Source: Candidatus Falkowbacteria bacterium HGW-Falkowbacteria-1 | GTDB taxonomy: Bacteria; Patescibacteriota; Patescibacteriia; Patescibacteriales; UBA12465 | Direction: 5' to 3' | Assembly: GCA_002840305.1 (NCBI GenBank) | Contig: PHAI01000002.1 | Span: forward strand, 138,707-202,706 | Length of the DNA: 64,000 nt | Part shown: positions 7,348 through 18,187 of the stretch, piece by piece | Layout of the letters: the number at the start of each line of letters is the position of its first letter | Numbering within the stretch: position 1 is the stretch's first letter | Position numbers and translations under genes: made by a program | The notes under the pieces: generated by a model | Told to the model about the DNA's origin: nothing | Seen by the model: the letters and a program-made list of their open reading frames with translations, nothing else | Database searches by the model: none

Positions 7348-9102
7348 TTAATAAGAATTGATAAATATTTCTTTTTTTCCATTACCATTTAGATCCACTA
7401 ATTTAAGATCATAAAAAGCTCTTAGATTTTTATCTTTGGCAAAGAACTCATATTCTAAATTACCAAAGAAATCAAATATTCTAACATGAGGACCGCCCCA
7501 ATAAGGCATGGTCACTATTTCTGGCTTTCCGTCAGCATCAACGTCCCCAACGGCCACTCTCACTCCACATTTAAACTGATCAGGAAAGGCCCTAAAAATA
7601 CCCACTAAATTATTGTTATGATTATATATTTTAACTAATGACTTATCTCTAAGCAAAGAACCCTCCACTATTTCCAGGAATCCATTATTATTAGAGTCTA
7701 TCTCATAATCTCTTTCAAGCAAGATAGTTTTATTAAACCCAATTTCATTTTGAGAAATCAATTCGCCATCAGAAAAATCATCACTGATTAAGTTGTAGGA
7801 AGTGTAAACTTTTTTTCCTAAAAAATTAAAAGCTTGATATTCAGCTTTATTCCTAAAATAAGTATCATAAATTTTTAATTGTGGCTCCAAAATAATAGAC
7901 TCCCTGGGCCCAAGATTTATTTTTGTTTGATTATCGTTCCACCAAGAATAAATTTCTTTAAAATTATCGGGGAAATCAAATTCGAACTGATAATCGTTAG
8001 GATTCAATAGAATAGAAAAATATTCGAAATCTCTACGCCAAATGTTATTATCTATTTTGTAAGCATTATTTTTAGGCTTAGAAAAATCAAGATTATATTC
8101 ATCATAAAACCAAGTTTGACCATGGTTTGAAACACTAGCATCAAAACTAAAATAAACATCATTGAAAAAAAGTGAACTGAGCAAGCCAAAATGCATTTTT
8201 GAAAAATCAGAAAAATTGTTTTCAGTACTATTAAATATATAAAATTTAGGGTTTACATTAATATTGTAAATAGATAGATACGAATCTACGGTACTTTGCC
8301 ACGACCCATCCCCTTTAAAGGGTAGTGGGAAATTTTCAAAAATTCGACCATTTAAATATTTATGATAGGGCTCATAAGATGAACTATTGGCCAAGACTAC
8401 ATAGTCATAGCCAATTAATTCTCTAGTTTTTTTTAGCATTTTGACATTACCTTCTCGCCAAGCATCATTGATTTGAGTGGCGCCTTCCTTTTGTCCGTCA
8501 CCATTTAAATCAATATTTCCATTGTTTAGCCAATCTATAGAGTCAAATAAGTTATCGTAAAATATTCCGTCCCAAAGTCCCGATGAAATTATTTCGGAAT
8601 CTACAAATTCTGGCAAAAAATCATTCCATCTTTTACCGTCATAACTTTGGCCAAGATTGCTAGAATTAAGCATCCAAGTTTGAGGCCAAAAACTTATTTT
8701 ACTCTTATCAAAACTCAGATACCATGATTCCGGTATAGCTTCAAACATTTTTCTTCTCAGGGTTAAGTTTTCATAAAGATAAACATCATTTCTTATCTCT
8801 TGCGAATTAATATAGGCCAAAATAATTATATTAGGATTTAATTGCCTTAACTTTAATATTTTCTCGGGGCTATTTACTTGATATTCCATGTCCAATATTA
8901 ATAAATCCCACTGGGCTAATTTTTGCAAATCTTCATCACTCATTTCCCAACTTAAAAAAATATTAGCCAATTTAGGACTTTTGTTCGAAATATTTAAATA
9001 CTTGTTAAAAACATCAGGAGAGGCTTCAACATTTTTCAAAAACAAAATAGAAAAGAAAAAAAGAAAAAAGAATAAACTAAATTTTAACTTTTTATTTAAC
9101 AT
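7348..9102 (-). CDS. Secreted protein with a putative polysaccharide-active TIM-barrel (GH114/GHL-like) N-part and C-terminal FG-GAP/VCBS repeats (584 aa)
   Basis: Signal or anchor FSLFFFLFFFSILFLKNVEA. DLLILDMEY...NPNIIILAYINSQEI resembles GHL-type barrels. The C-terminus GVRVAVGDVDADGKPEIVT...GGPHVRIFD is FG-GAP-like. The start overlaps the upstream GT stop by 11 nt. Confidence 0.4.
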   Translation of the reverse strand: MLNKKLKFSLFFFLFFFSILFLKNVEASPDVFNKYLNISNKSPKLANIFLSWEMSDEDLQKLAQWDLLILDMEYQVNSPEKILKLRQLNPNIIILAYINSQEIRNDVYLYENLTLRRKMFEAIPESWYLSFDKSKISFWPQTWMLNSSNLGQSYDGKRWNDFLPEFVDSEIISSGLWDGIFYDNLFDSIDWLNNGNIDLNGDGQKEGATQINDAWREGNVKMLKKTRELIGYDYVVLANSSSYEPYHKYLNGRIFENFPLPFKGDGSWQSTVDSYLSIYNINVNPKFYIFNSTENNFSDFSKMHFGLLSSLFFNDVYFSFDASVSNHGQTWFYDEYNLDFSKPKNNAYKIDNNIWRRDFEYFSILLNPNDYQFEFDFPDNFKEIYSWWNDNQTKINLGPRESIILEPQLKIYDTYFRNKAEYQAFNFLGKKVYTSYNLISDDFSDGELISQNEIGFNKTILLERDYEIDSNNNGFLEIVEGSLLRDKSLVKIYNHNNNLVGIFRAFPDQFKCGVRVAVGDVDADGKPEIVTMPYWGGPHVRIFDFFGNLEYEFFAKDKNLRAFYDLKLVDLNGNGKKEIFINSY

Positions 9103-10315
9103 ACTTTTTATATATATTTAATATTTTCTCCAAATGACTATTAATATTTAATTTATCGCTAATTTCCTTGGCCTTGCTTTTTATCTTGTTCAAATCATAA
9201 TCATCAACAGAGTCTATTACTTCAGATAAATCTTTATAATTCCCGTTTTCAAACAGAAAGCCACTTTTTTTATCCTCTATTAACTCCGACAATCCACCGG
9301 TTTTCGAAGCTATAACTATCTTCCCCAATGAAAGTGACTCAAGAAGTACCAAGGGCATATTTTCGGCCCAAACTGAGGGCAGAAAAATCATTTTAGCCTT
9401 AGAAACTATATCGAACAATTCAGAGCCAAACTTTGGTCCAACAAAATCAACACTATCTTCTAAATTTAATTGACTACTTAAATCTTTTAAATTTTTTTCT
9501 TCTGGGCCAGCTCCAACTATTTTAATATTAATTTTATTCTTCACAAATGACAACGAATTAAGCAAAACATCAATTCCCTTTTCTCCCGAAAGGCGCCCAA
9601 AATAAAGCCCATAGTCATCTTCTTTGCCTTTATTAATTTCTTTAACCAATGATTCTTCGGAAAAATTATAAACCAAAAACACTTTTTCGCCCGGAATACC
9701 AAAGCTAACAACCGTTTCCTTCATAAACTGGCTAGGAGCAATAAAGCAATCAATATTTTTTTTATAAATATTCAAAATGCTATGATGAAAATACATTTCA
9801 ATGGTCGCCAATAAACTTTGCCAAAAAGATTTTTTAAAACAAGAAAATCTAAGGCAATTATAATATTTTTGCCCCTTACAACGATAACAAATTTTATCAT
9901 GAGTAAAAAGCTGATAATTAGGGCAAATTAACTTATAATCATGTAAATGCATTACTACTGGGATCTTGAATTTTTTAGCGATTGGCAATATTGAAGGAGA
10001 TAATTGGTGGTATATATTATGAACATGAATGATGTCTGGTTTAAAATCTTTAATTATTTTTTTAAATTTTCTCCTAGCCTCAAAACTATATAAAATCCTA
10101 CCGGGGGCCAAAAGTCTATCTCTTAGTTTTTTCTCGTTAAAACTTATTCTAGAAACAAAATACTTATCCCAAGGACTTGGATTGTTTTTAGGATGGTGCA
10201 TGCAGAAAATCGCAACTTGATGCCCTTCTATTTCTAACTTTTTAGACAAATCAATAAAATATTTTTCCGCGCCCCCTCTAATATAATTAAACTTATTTAC
10301 TTGGAGTATCCTCAT
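9092..10315 (-). CDS. Glycosyltransferase, GT4 (group 1) family
   Basis: MRILQVNKFNYIRGGAEKY..., GRLSGEKG, FLPSVWAENMPLVLLESLSLGKIVIASKTGGLSELI (E-x7-E region). Confidence 0.8.
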   Translation of the reverse strand: MRILQVNKFNYIRGGAEKYFIDLSKKLEIEGHQVAIFCMHHPKNNPSPWDKYFVSRISFNEKKLRDRLLAPGRILYSFEARRKFKKIIKDFKPDIIHVHNIYHQLSPSILPIAKKFKIPVVMHLHDYKLICPNYQLFTHDKICYRCKGQKYYNCLRFSCFKKSFWQSLLATIEMYFHHSILNIYKKNIDCFIAPSQFMKETVVSFGIPGEKVFLVYNFSEESLVKEINKGKEDDYGLYFGRLSGEKGIDVLLNSLSFVKNKINIKIVGAGPEEKNLKDLSSQLNLEDSVDFVGPKFGSELFDIVSKAKMIFLPSVWAENMPLVLLESLSLGKIVIASKTGGLSELIEDKKSGFLFENGNYKDLSEVIDSVDDYDLNKIKSKAKEISDKLNINSHLEKILNIYKKYVK

Positions 10316-10328
10316 ATTTTTAAATAAA

Positions 10329-11417
10329 TTAATTCAAATTTAAGTACATATCTTCGTACTTTTTACTTATTTTTTTAATATCAAATTTATCCAAAATTAA
10401 ATCATGCAAATTTGTACCTAGAAGTTTTAAATCGCTATAATTATTCCTATCAAAAAAATAACTCAATTTGTCAATCAAATCTTCAAGATTGTCATTTTCA
10501 AACAAGATTCCGGTTTTATTATCCTTAATAACATCCAAAATTCCACCCGTAGCCGATGCTAAAACCGGCAAAGAAAGTGCTCCTGCTTCTAGTAAAACAA
10601 CGCCCAAACCCTCCCACTTAGATGGTAAAACAAAAAAATCAAGCTTGGACAAAAAATCAGCCACATTCTTTCTTTCGCCCAATAAATAAACTTTATCTTG
10701 CAAGTTTAAATCAACAATTTCTTGCTCTAATTGACCTTTTAGTTCGCCAACACCAACAATTAAACATTCAAAATTTTTATTTTTAAAACTAGACAAGGCC
10801 TTAAAAAGTAAAGAAAAATTTTTTTGCTCACTTAAACGACCGACGGAACCAAAGATTATCTTCTCCCCGTTTTCCTTCACCTTAGAAATATTAGAAAAAT
10901 TAGATAAATTTAAACCATTATAAATCAAATCTACTTTATCTTGAGAAATATTATATTTTTTAATAACATCGCTTTTAACTGCCTCTGAAATAGCTATCAC
11001 CTTATTCGAGAAGCAAGCCGTTCTTTTCTTTAAAAAAGAAATAAGCTTGTTATCATTATCGTTAACATTTTGCTCGGTCGATACTATTTTCTTAATACCA
11101 GCCAACTTGGCTGCTATTTTACCATAAACATCTCCGCCCAATTGAGTATGGACTATGTCTGGTTTGTTTTTTTTTATATATCTATAAATCCTACAAAAAT
11201 TTAGCAAATCGATTTTATATTTCTTATTTAAAATCTTATACTCAATATTACTTTGCTTCAAATCATCTAGAAAAAAACCACCTCCATTAAACATCAACAA
11301 ATTAGGTTCAAAAATGTTCCTGTCCAAGTTACAAATTAAATCCAAAACAAACCTCTCTGCCCCGCCAGAAGACAAAGAAGGTATTATATATAAAATTTTT
11401 ATTTTTGTATTATTCAT
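10329..11417 (-). CDS. Glycosyltransferase, GT4 (group 1) family
   Basis: ILYIIPSLSSGGAERF..., VLPSKWEGLGVVLLEAGALSLPVLASATGG. I take the start at MNNTKIKILY (cat 11415-11417), giving an ATGAATAA overlap with the upstream stop. Confidence 0.8.
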   Translation of the reverse strand: MNNTKIKILYIIPSLSSGGAERFVLDLICNLDRNIFEPNLLMFNGGGFFLDDLKQSNIEYKILNKKYKIDLLNFCRIYRYIKKNKPDIVHTQLGGDVYGKIAAKLAGIKKIVSTEQNVNDNDNKLISFLKKRTACFSNKVIAISEAVKSDVIKKYNISQDKVDLIYNGLNLSNFSNISKVKENGEKIIFGSVGRLSEQKNFSLLFKALSSFKNKNFECLIVGVGELKGQLEQEIVDLNLQDKVYLLGERKNVADFLSKLDFFVLPSKWEGLGVVLLEAGALSLPVLASATGGILDVIKDNKTGILFENDNLEDLIDKLSYFFDRNNYSDLKLLGTNLHDLILDKFDIKKISKKYEDMYLNLN

Positions 11418-12792
11418 TTTTTTTAATTTTGTTTTTGTTTTCAATTAAAAAAACGGCCACCAAAGTCAAGGCTATAGGGATCCAAACGCGCCCCTTGTAG
11501 TATGAAGTATTAAAAAACTGGTAAAAGTAAGCCCCGAAAGAGGCCACAAACAAAGGCAGGAGAAGTAAATAATCTTCTTTATTTTTTAAAACACCTAAAT
11601 ACATTTTTCTAAAAACAAAAAATAAAAAAACAGCAAAACTAAGAAGACCCAAGGCACCGTTCTCAGCAATTACCTTTTGCCAGACGCCATGAGAATCAAG
11701 TGGGTCGCCATACTTAGAAGTAAACCTAATATTATTAGAAACCAAATAAACAAAATTACCACTACCATAGCCGAATAATGGTTTATTCAAAAAAGCCTTA
11801 ATAGAAATATCGGTTAACAACATTCTGTTTTGAGTAGAACTAACATTAGCCTCTTGCAATGAAACCATCTTTATTAAAAATGGTGATGATATAAATAAAA
11901 AAACAATAAATGGAATTAGAAAAACTCTCAAATTTGGCCTTTCTTCTTTGATAAAAAAAAGATAAATAAAGAAATACAAAAATAGCTGAAGAGAAATTGT
12001 TATCCAGGCCGTTCTACCGAAAGTAAAAAAAGCCATTAATAGAAGGACAAAAGAAAAAATATTTATCAATCTTTTTGACCGCCAAGAATTATACCAATAC
12101 TTCAAAGACAAAGAAAGAAATGATGAAATAATCAAAAACTCTGCCAACAAATTATAATTATCACCAAAAATCCAGTTGTTAAAAACTGTCAAGGGCTGAA
12201 CACGAAAGAAAGAATCAGCCCAATCTTGAGAAAATAAAGAAAAAAATCCCATCACGGCTACCAAAAAACCACCAAAAGAGATTAGGACCAAAACTCTTTT
12301 CAACACCTTTAAATCTTTAATAAGATTAAAGGGCACAACCACAAAAGCTAAATAAAAAAACAAAACCCAACGAAATGAGTACCAAAGAGAACCTAAAATA
12401 TTATGGCTCAAAAGAGAGGAAACAAGACAAATGGCAAAAAAGGCGAAAAAATAACGCGCTAGAGGAAAATATACCGGTTCTCGATCTTTTTTATAAAGTA
12501 AAATGTAAAATTCCCTAATTACAAAGGCGCCCAAAACAAAAAGTGACAATAAATCTATCAAGGGAATCTCTAAAAAATTAAAACTAAAAATTGGCTCAAT
12601 AAACGGCAAGCAAAGAACCATCAAATACAAACCTATTTCTGTTTTCAAAAAAAGAAATGTCAACAAAAGAACCGCTCCTAAAATTAGAGCAGAAACAACG
12701 TAATTACCTTCGGCTAAAAATAAAAACGGCAAAAATATCGCAACAAAAAACAACAAAACGTAATACTTTTTTAAAGAGATACTATTCCCCAT
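11410..12792 (-). CDS. O-antigen ligase / Wzy-like polytopic membrane protein
   Basis: About 11 TM segments with a larger loop near GRTAWITISLQ, typical of the O-antigen ligase/polymerase family. It sits inside a GT operon. Confidence 0.6.
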   Translation of the reverse strand: MGNSISLKKYYVLLFFVAIFLPFLFLAEGNYVVSALILGAVLLLTFLFLKTEIGLYLMVLCLPFIEPIFSFNFLEIPLIDLLSLFVLGAFVIREFYILLYKKDREPVYFPLARYFFAFFAICLVSSLLSHNILGSLWYSFRWVLFFYLAFVVVPFNLIKDLKVLKRVLVLISFGGFLVAVMGFFSLFSQDWADSFFRVQPLTVFNNWIFGDNYNLLAEFLIISSFLSLSLKYWYNSWRSKRLINIFSFVLLLMAFFTFGRTAWITISLQLFLYFFIYLFFIKEERPNLRVFLIPFIVFLFISSPFLIKMVSLQEANVSSTQNRMLLTDISIKAFLNKPLFGYGSGNFVYLVSNNIRFTSKYGDPLDSHGVWQKVIAENGALGLLSFAVFLFFVFRKMYLGVLKNKEDYLLLLPLFVASFGAYFYQFFNTSYYKGRVWIPIALTLVAVFLIENKNKIKKNE

Positions 12793-12797
12793 ATCAT

Positions 12798-14771
12798 TTA
12801 ATTAAAAAATATTTTAATGTCATAGTCTTTATCCAGGTTATTGGTCCAATGAACTTCATTACCGTTTTTAATTTCAACTAAGCCCTGTGCTTCAATGCTC
12901 TTTATCTCTTTTTCAAATTTAAAAATTGCTTTGAACTCAGAGATGTTATTACCCGGCTGTTTCTGCAATCTCAATAAATAATATTTTTCATCTTTTAATA
13001 ATTGAACAACGTTTTTTGGCAATTCATACTCAAACGACAAAACTCTCTCTTGCCCGGGCTCAATAGAGACAAAGCCGGCAAAAGATGTTTTTGGATTACT
13101 AATATTATCTTCAGTCAAAACAAAAGAGTTGTCAGAGCTCATTCCTGAAGATTTTAATAGTTTACTACTTAAGGGAGCATAAACCCTGGTGTATGTTCGG
13201 TATCTAGTTGTCTGCCAGTCAAACCAACCATTGTTTTTATAGTTAATACTCACTTTTGCATTCAAAACTTGTCCTTTTTCTTCTAAGTAATAAGAGATCT
13301 TCTTTTCCATTACTCTATCAGTTTTAAAAGCAGCTAAATTGGCATCAACCACCATTAAAAAGTCAGAATCAGAATCTTTGATTTCACCGCTCCAATTAAA
13401 ACCAGAGGAAACACCTCGTTTATAATCATCAAACAAATACACCAAGAAATCTTTCCTCTCTATATTTTGTTCAAACAACCCAAGAAGCTCCTGCCATCTA
13501 TCTGAAGGCATATTAAAAAGTTTTACCTTTATTTCTTTAACTATATCACCAATGATGTTTTTTCTGTTCCATTCAGACTCTCCTTCCTCTCTAAAAGCCA
13601 TCTCCACCTCATATTGAAGCGCCTCGATAAAGTTATCTTTATCGTATTGTTTACCTTCAACTTCAATGGGCCCGGTTATATATAAAAGATCAGTGATGAG
13701 TCTAGGAATAATAGCCATAACGCCAGATAAATCAACCAACTCTTCAGACCTACCAGCTGCCAACATTTCTTGCTCATAAAACCACTTTATATTTTTAGCA
13801 CTACTCGGAAAATCGGGAGACCAATTAGAGTCGCGCAAAAACCAACGATCAACCCCTAAATATTTCTTAATTGGCTCTGGAGGCGCAACGCTAAAAGATT
13901 TATTCAAACTAGCAGGCATGTCTAAATGATAAACATCATTAGTCTCCAATCTCACAATGTCTCCCAATTTTATTTCCATTATTCCATAGCTTCCGATAAA
14001 ACCTCCAGTAGGTCTAAGCTCGTTATTGTTTTGTAATATAATTAAATAAAAGGATGATTCCGGATAACCGGTCAAGGCTGGAATAACCGCAGAAAAAGAG
14101 CTTAAATTTGACAAAAAGTCAGAAGAAAAGACCAAATATTCTCTAAGTTTATTAATTTTATCGTCATAGGAATTCAAGAATCTATTATCTTTGGCCTTGT
14201 CTAAATACAAAAGAGAAAGGTCAATATTGGCCTTAATTCCATTAATATCAGGGGAATTTTCATAAAGAAGTTTTAAGATACGGTACTTTTCATGTTCGTC
14301 AAACTCCAAAAAACTATCAAACTTCTTGCCGGCAACAATATCTTCAACTTCTTGAGCTATAAAAAAAGACTTTTCAGCTGAACGACTAAGGGTTTCGGCA
14401 GTTTTAGCTAAATATTTAAAGTCTTCAATGTTTTCACTAAAAAAAGAGATCTTTTTTGTTATAAAAAAACTCTCTAATTCCTCAACCACCGTCAAGACAG
14501 AAGAAAAATCATCGTTAGATTTTTTAGCACTCAAAGTGGCTCCAGAAAAATTGCCTTCTTTAAACAAAACTAACGATTCTTCTATATTTTTTTGGCCAGA
14601 ATTAATGCCAAGATAAATTTTCTTAACTTTGGAAAATAAAAAAAGAGAAGATATAAGCAAAACAGAAGCCACAAAAATAATTAAAATTAAAAAAACCCTA
14701 GCGATTCCCATGGAGTATCCCCGCCTATTGTTAGCAAAATTTTCCTCAAATCTTTCAGAAAAATTATTCAT
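12798..14771 (-). CDS. DUF4012-type membrane-anchored envelope protein (657 aa)
   Basis: N-terminal TM, then LQNNNELRPTGGFIGSYGIMEI. A paralogous motif, QNNSEMRASGGFIGSYAIIDI, occurs in 55434..58133. Confidence 0.6.
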   Translation of the reverse strand: MNNFSERFEENFANNRRGYSMGIARVFLILIIFVASVLLISSLFLFSKVKKIYLGINSGQKNIEESLVLFKEGNFSGATLSAKKSNDDFSSVLTVVEELESFFITKKISFFSENIEDFKYLAKTAETLSRSAEKSFFIAQEVEDIVAGKKFDSFLEFDEHEKYRILKLLYENSPDINGIKANIDLSLLYLDKAKDNRFLNSYDDKINKLREYLVFSSDFLSNLSSFSAVIPALTGYPESSFYLIILQNNNELRPTGGFIGSYGIMEIKLGDIVRLETNDVYHLDMPASLNKSFSVAPPEPIKKYLGVDRWFLRDSNWSPDFPSSAKNIKWFYEQEMLAAGRSEELVDLSGVMAIIPRLITDLLYITGPIEVEGKQYDKDNFIEALQYEVEMAFREEGESEWNRKNIIGDIVKEIKVKLFNMPSDRWQELLGLFEQNIERKDFLVYLFDDYKRGVSSGFNWSGEIKDSDSDFLMVVDANLAAFKTDRVMEKKISYYLEEKGQVLNAKVSINYKNNGWFDWQTTRYRTYTRVYAPLSSKLLKSSGMSSDNSFVLTEDNISNPKTSFAGFVSIEPGQERVLSFEYELPKNVVQLLKDEKYYLLRLQKQPGNNISEFKAIFKFEKEIKSIEAQGLVEIKNGNEVHWTNNLDKDYDIKIFFN

Positions 14772-14775
14772 TTTT

Positions 14776-15465
14776 TTATTTCTTAATATTTAAGATTTTA
14801 TCTAACAAAATTATCTTTTTATTATTTAAAACACTATGCAAAAAAACATCAGCTACCTCTTGTCTGTATTTAAATTCCTTTTCATCCATGGCAGTAAAAT
14901 TAACCTCCTTATTCATTTCCGCTTCTAAATCTTGAATAATATTCAGCAGCTTGCTTTTTTCAACATCAGCAACAATCAAAACATCAGTTGGTGCTCCATC
15001 GTTATTTAAAAACATGCCACCCAACAATATAAACTTAGGATCACAAACAGCTTTTAATTTTTTTATAAAATTTTCCCCGGACAATATTTGTGACTTCACT
15101 ATCAACGATTTCATCTCTGAAAACAAAATAAAGTTTTTATTAACCCAATAATATTTCTTTTCCTTAATGCTGGGGGCTTTTTTTTCTTTGTCATCTTCAA
15201 GACCCTCAGGGTCTTTTTTCTCACTCCCAACAACTTCTTTTTCGTCTGATTCCAAAACATTGGACAAATTGTCTGATTTTATGTTATTATTATCAGAGGA
15301 AAGAAGCCCAAAAATTTCTAAATTACTCAACTCCCTTCTAACCGAATTGACTTGTAGTTTTAAGTCGCGAGCCAACTGTCTAATATAAAATTTCTCATCT
15401 GGCTTCATCAAAAAAACTTTTAAGATTTTGACCCTAGCCTTAGAACCAAAAATTTTTTCTAACAT
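14776..15465 (-). CDS. Winged-helix (ArsR/MarR-like) transcriptional regulator with a C-terminal uncharacterised domain
   Basis: SKARVKILKVFLMKPDEKFYIRQLARDLKLQVNSVRRELSNLEIFGLL. It is the first gene of the glycan operon. Confidence 0.6.
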   Translation of the reverse strand: MLEKIFGSKARVKILKVFLMKPDEKFYIRQLARDLKLQVNSVRRELSNLEIFGLLSSDNNNIKSDNLSNVLESDEKEVVGSEKKDPEGLEDDKEKKAPSIKEKKYYWVNKNFILFSEMKSLIVKSQILSGENFIKKLKAVCDPKFILLGGMFLNNDGAPTDVLIVADVEKSKLLNIIQDLEAEMNKEVNFTAMDEKEFKYRQEVADVFLHSVLNNKKIILLDKILNIKK

Positions 15466-15564
15466 AATATTAACTTATTAAATTTATAAATTATTAATTA
15501 AAAATCATACTAAAAACAGATTTTTAATAATTATATAATAAATATAAAATTTTGTCAAATTGAT

Positions 15565-17640
15565 ATGTTTACTAAAATATCCAGTATAAATATTAACAAC
15601 AACCCAGGCAAAAGTTTAGTACAGGCAAAAAAAATAGAAAATGCAGAGTCAAAATTCGGACATCTTCTTGTTTTGTTAGAAATAAACGAGCCAGATCAAT
15701 ATGGACACAAAATTAACGAAACAATAATAGAGTCACTCAAAAGAAACTACTACTCAAACGACAAGATGACCCTGTCTGAAGGTCTAAGCAGTCTAAAAAT
15801 AGAGGCCTTTTTTGAATCAGCCTTAGTCAAAACCGGCAAAGACCTTTTAGACCATATAGATAAAGAAAAAATAAACTTTGACCTTGGAAAAATAAATGTC
15901 AGCGTAGCTCTGATTTATGAAGGTGAGATTTATTTATCAAATTCTGGCCATAACAAAGCCTTTTTGCTTAGAAAAATAAAAAATGAATACGAAATAAGTG
16001 ATATTAATCCAGACGATGGCTACGAGGAAGAATCTGAATATAAAACAGGGAAAATCTTTTCTTCCATTATTAACGGAGAAATCCCTAATAACTCATATAT
16101 TATAATGAGCAATCCTTCCCTGTCAGAGTATATCCTAAGAAAAGATTTAATAGAAATAATAGACAAGCTAAATATAGAAGGAGCTAAAGAACAAATTAAA
16201 AATACCTTAAAGGAAATAAATACCTATTCAAATTTTTCTGGATTACTAATCAAAAACTGCCTGTTAGAAGAAAAAATGAAAAATAATTCTTTAATGGAGA
16301 ATAAACCTGAGTTTAGGCCGGAGAACAATTATCTTTATCAATCCGAAAATAAAACTGAAAAATTATTAACCAACACAGGAAGCATAGACAAAAAAAGACT
16401 TAGTGATTCATTTGGAAAAATTCTAAATAAAATCAACATATTCAGGATTTTTGTAACTCTTTTTAGAAAAATAGCAAAAAATAAAAAAAATCATGAAAAG
16501 GCCAAGGTATTACCAGAAATGATTATTGACTCTGATGCCAAAAAGAATAAGTCAAAAAAAATACTTGCGATTTTAGTGGTTGCTCTACTATTATTTTTGG
16601 CCGGCAGTTTCTACTTTAAAAAAAATAAAGAACAAAAAGTGGTGGAAGAGGAAAATATTTCTTATATCGAGGAATCCATAAACAAAAAACAAAGTCAGAT
16701 AGATTCTTTTTTACTATACGGTGATGAAATTAAATCGATGGAAACTATAAACGAACTCAAAACAGAATTAGACTCTTTGAGCGACAAAGAAAAAAGCAAA
16801 ATAAATAATCTATCTGAAATAGAAAAAAAATTAGAAGATCAAGTTAATCAGATAAGAAAAATGGTAAAAATAGAAGAACCGAAAGAATTGTCAAACCTAT
16901 CAGTTCTAAACAACGAAGCTTATTCGTCTTCTATGTCAGTTTCCAACAACATTATTTATGTCGCCGACGCTAAAAATGGCGCTATTTACTCAGTAAATAC
17001 CAGCAATGGTTTAAGCTCTGAATTAAGCAAATCAGAGCTCATAAAATCTGAAAAAATATTATCGAATAAAGACCAGGCAGGAAATTCTTATTTTTTAAAC
17101 GACAAATATTTTATAGATATTAACCTGGATGGTAAAATAAACTATACAAAACTAAATGCTGAAGATTTTTCAAACGTATCTTCTTTTGACACTTATAATA
17201 ATAAACCGTATTTATTGAACAAAGAAAAAAAGCAAATATTCAAATATAGCAAATCTGGTGATGAATATATAGCTCCTACGGCCTGGATAAAAGATGACAA
17301 CGCCAAAGACCCGATATCCATAGCCATCGACTATGATATATACATTTTGGACAATAACGGCTCTCTATTTAAATATTTGAGTGGAAACAAAGAATCTTTT
17401 GAGCTAGACATGGTCGACCCTGCGATTAATAATCCTAAGTTCGTTAGATTAAGCGAAAAATATATTTATATAATAGAGTCAAACAGAATAATTGTATTCT
17501 ACAAAGACAACGGTGCTTTTATAAATCAATATTCCTCCGATAAATTTGATAATTTAAAAGATATAGCAATAGATGAAACTAACAAAAAAATATATATACT
17601 AAACAATAACCTTGTTTACGAAATAGACATGATACTATAA
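15565..17640 (+). CDS. Hypothetical bitopic membrane protein (691 aa) with a cytoplasmic N-domain, central TM and an extracytoplasmic coiled coil plus beta-propeller-like repeats
   Basis: TM ILAILVVALLLFLAGSFYF. The C-terminal repeats are IYILDNNGSLFKY / IYIIESNRIIVFY / IYILNNNLVYEI. It is one of only four plus-strand genes. Confidence 0.5.
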   Translation: MFTKISSININNNPGKSLVQAKKIENAESKFGHLLVLLEINEPDQYGHKINETIIESLKRNYYSNDKMTLSEGLSSLKIEAFFESALVKTGKDLLDHIDKEKINFDLGKINVSVALIYEGEIYLSNSGHNKAFLLRKIKNEYEISDINPDDGYEEESEYKTGKIFSSIINGEIPNNSYIIMSNPSLSEYILRKDLIEIIDKLNIEGAKEQIKNTLKEINTYSNFSGLLIKNCLLEEKMKNNSLMENKPEFRPENNYLYQSENKTEKLLTNTGSIDKKRLSDSFGKILNKINIFRIFVTLFRKIAKNKKNHEKAKVLPEMIIDSDAKKNKSKKILAILVVALLLFLAGSFYFKKNKEQKVVEEENISYIEESINKKQSQIDSFLLYGDEIKSMETINELKTELDSLSDKEKSKINNLSEIEKKLEDQVNQIRKMVKIEEPKELSNLSVLNNEAYSSSMSVSNNIIYVADAKNGAIYSVNTSNGLSSELSKSELIKSEKILSNKDQAGNSYFLNDKYFIDINLDGKINYTKLNAEDFSNVSSFDTYNNKPYLLNKEKKQIFKYSKSGDEYIAPTAWIKDDNAKDPISIAIDYDIYILDNNGSLFKYLSGNKESFELDMVDPAINNPKFVRLSEKYIYIIESNRIIVFYKDNGAFINQYSSDKFDNLKDIAIDETNKKIYILNNNLVYEIDMIL

Positions 17641-17662
17641 AATACTTCAATTCTGAGCATAC

Positions 17663-17693
17663 AAAAAAGAGGGTCAAGCGACCCTCTTTTTTT
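17663..17693. terminator. Bidirectional intrinsic terminator
   Basis: GAGGGTC (17669-17675), AAGC loop, GACCCTC (17680-17686), flanked by A6 and T7. It sits between convergent genes. Confidence 0.75.
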
Positions 17694-17712
17694 ATAGAAC
17701 AAGAAATAAATA

Positions 17713-18117
17713 TTATTTCAATGTAACCTTAGCTCCAGCTTCTTCTAATTTTTTCTTAATTTCTTCAGCCTGTTCTTTTTTAACACCCTCTTTTACCATT
17801 TTAGGAGCAGCATCAACTAAGTCTTTGGCTTCTTTTAATCCCATTTCAGTGATCTCGCGAACAACCTTGATAACGGCTATTTTACTAGCACCGCCTTCTG
17901 TGATTTCGATATCAAAACTATCTTTTTCTTCAACAGCAGCAGCGGCAGCTCCTGGCATAGCTCCCATCATCATGGCTGGAGCAGCAGCAGAAACACCAAA
18001 TTTTTCTTCTAAAACTTTTACTAATTCAGCTAAATCTAAAACACTCATTTTCTCAATCTCAGTTACCAAAGATTGAAACTTAGCTGGAACCTCTACAGTC
18101 TTTTTTTCTTCTGACAT
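17713..18117 (-). CDS. rplL: 50S ribosomal protein L7/L12
   Basis: [14 protein letters not shown]...[17 protein letters not shown] hinge...[42 protein letters not shown]. The start is moved to M13 of the track ORF. Confidence 0.95.
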   Translation of the reverse strand: MSEEKKTVEVPAKFQSLVTEIEKMSVLDLAELVKVLEEKFGVSAAAPAMMMGAMPGAAAAAVEEKDSFDIEITEGGASKIAVIKVVREITEMGLKEAKDLVDAAPKMVKEGVKKEQAEEIKKKLEEAGAKVTLK

Positions 18118-18187
18118 AATTTTACTTGTCGCATTCAAACTATAAAATAGCAAGAATGGATATTATTAATTATTATTTAAAAACTAA

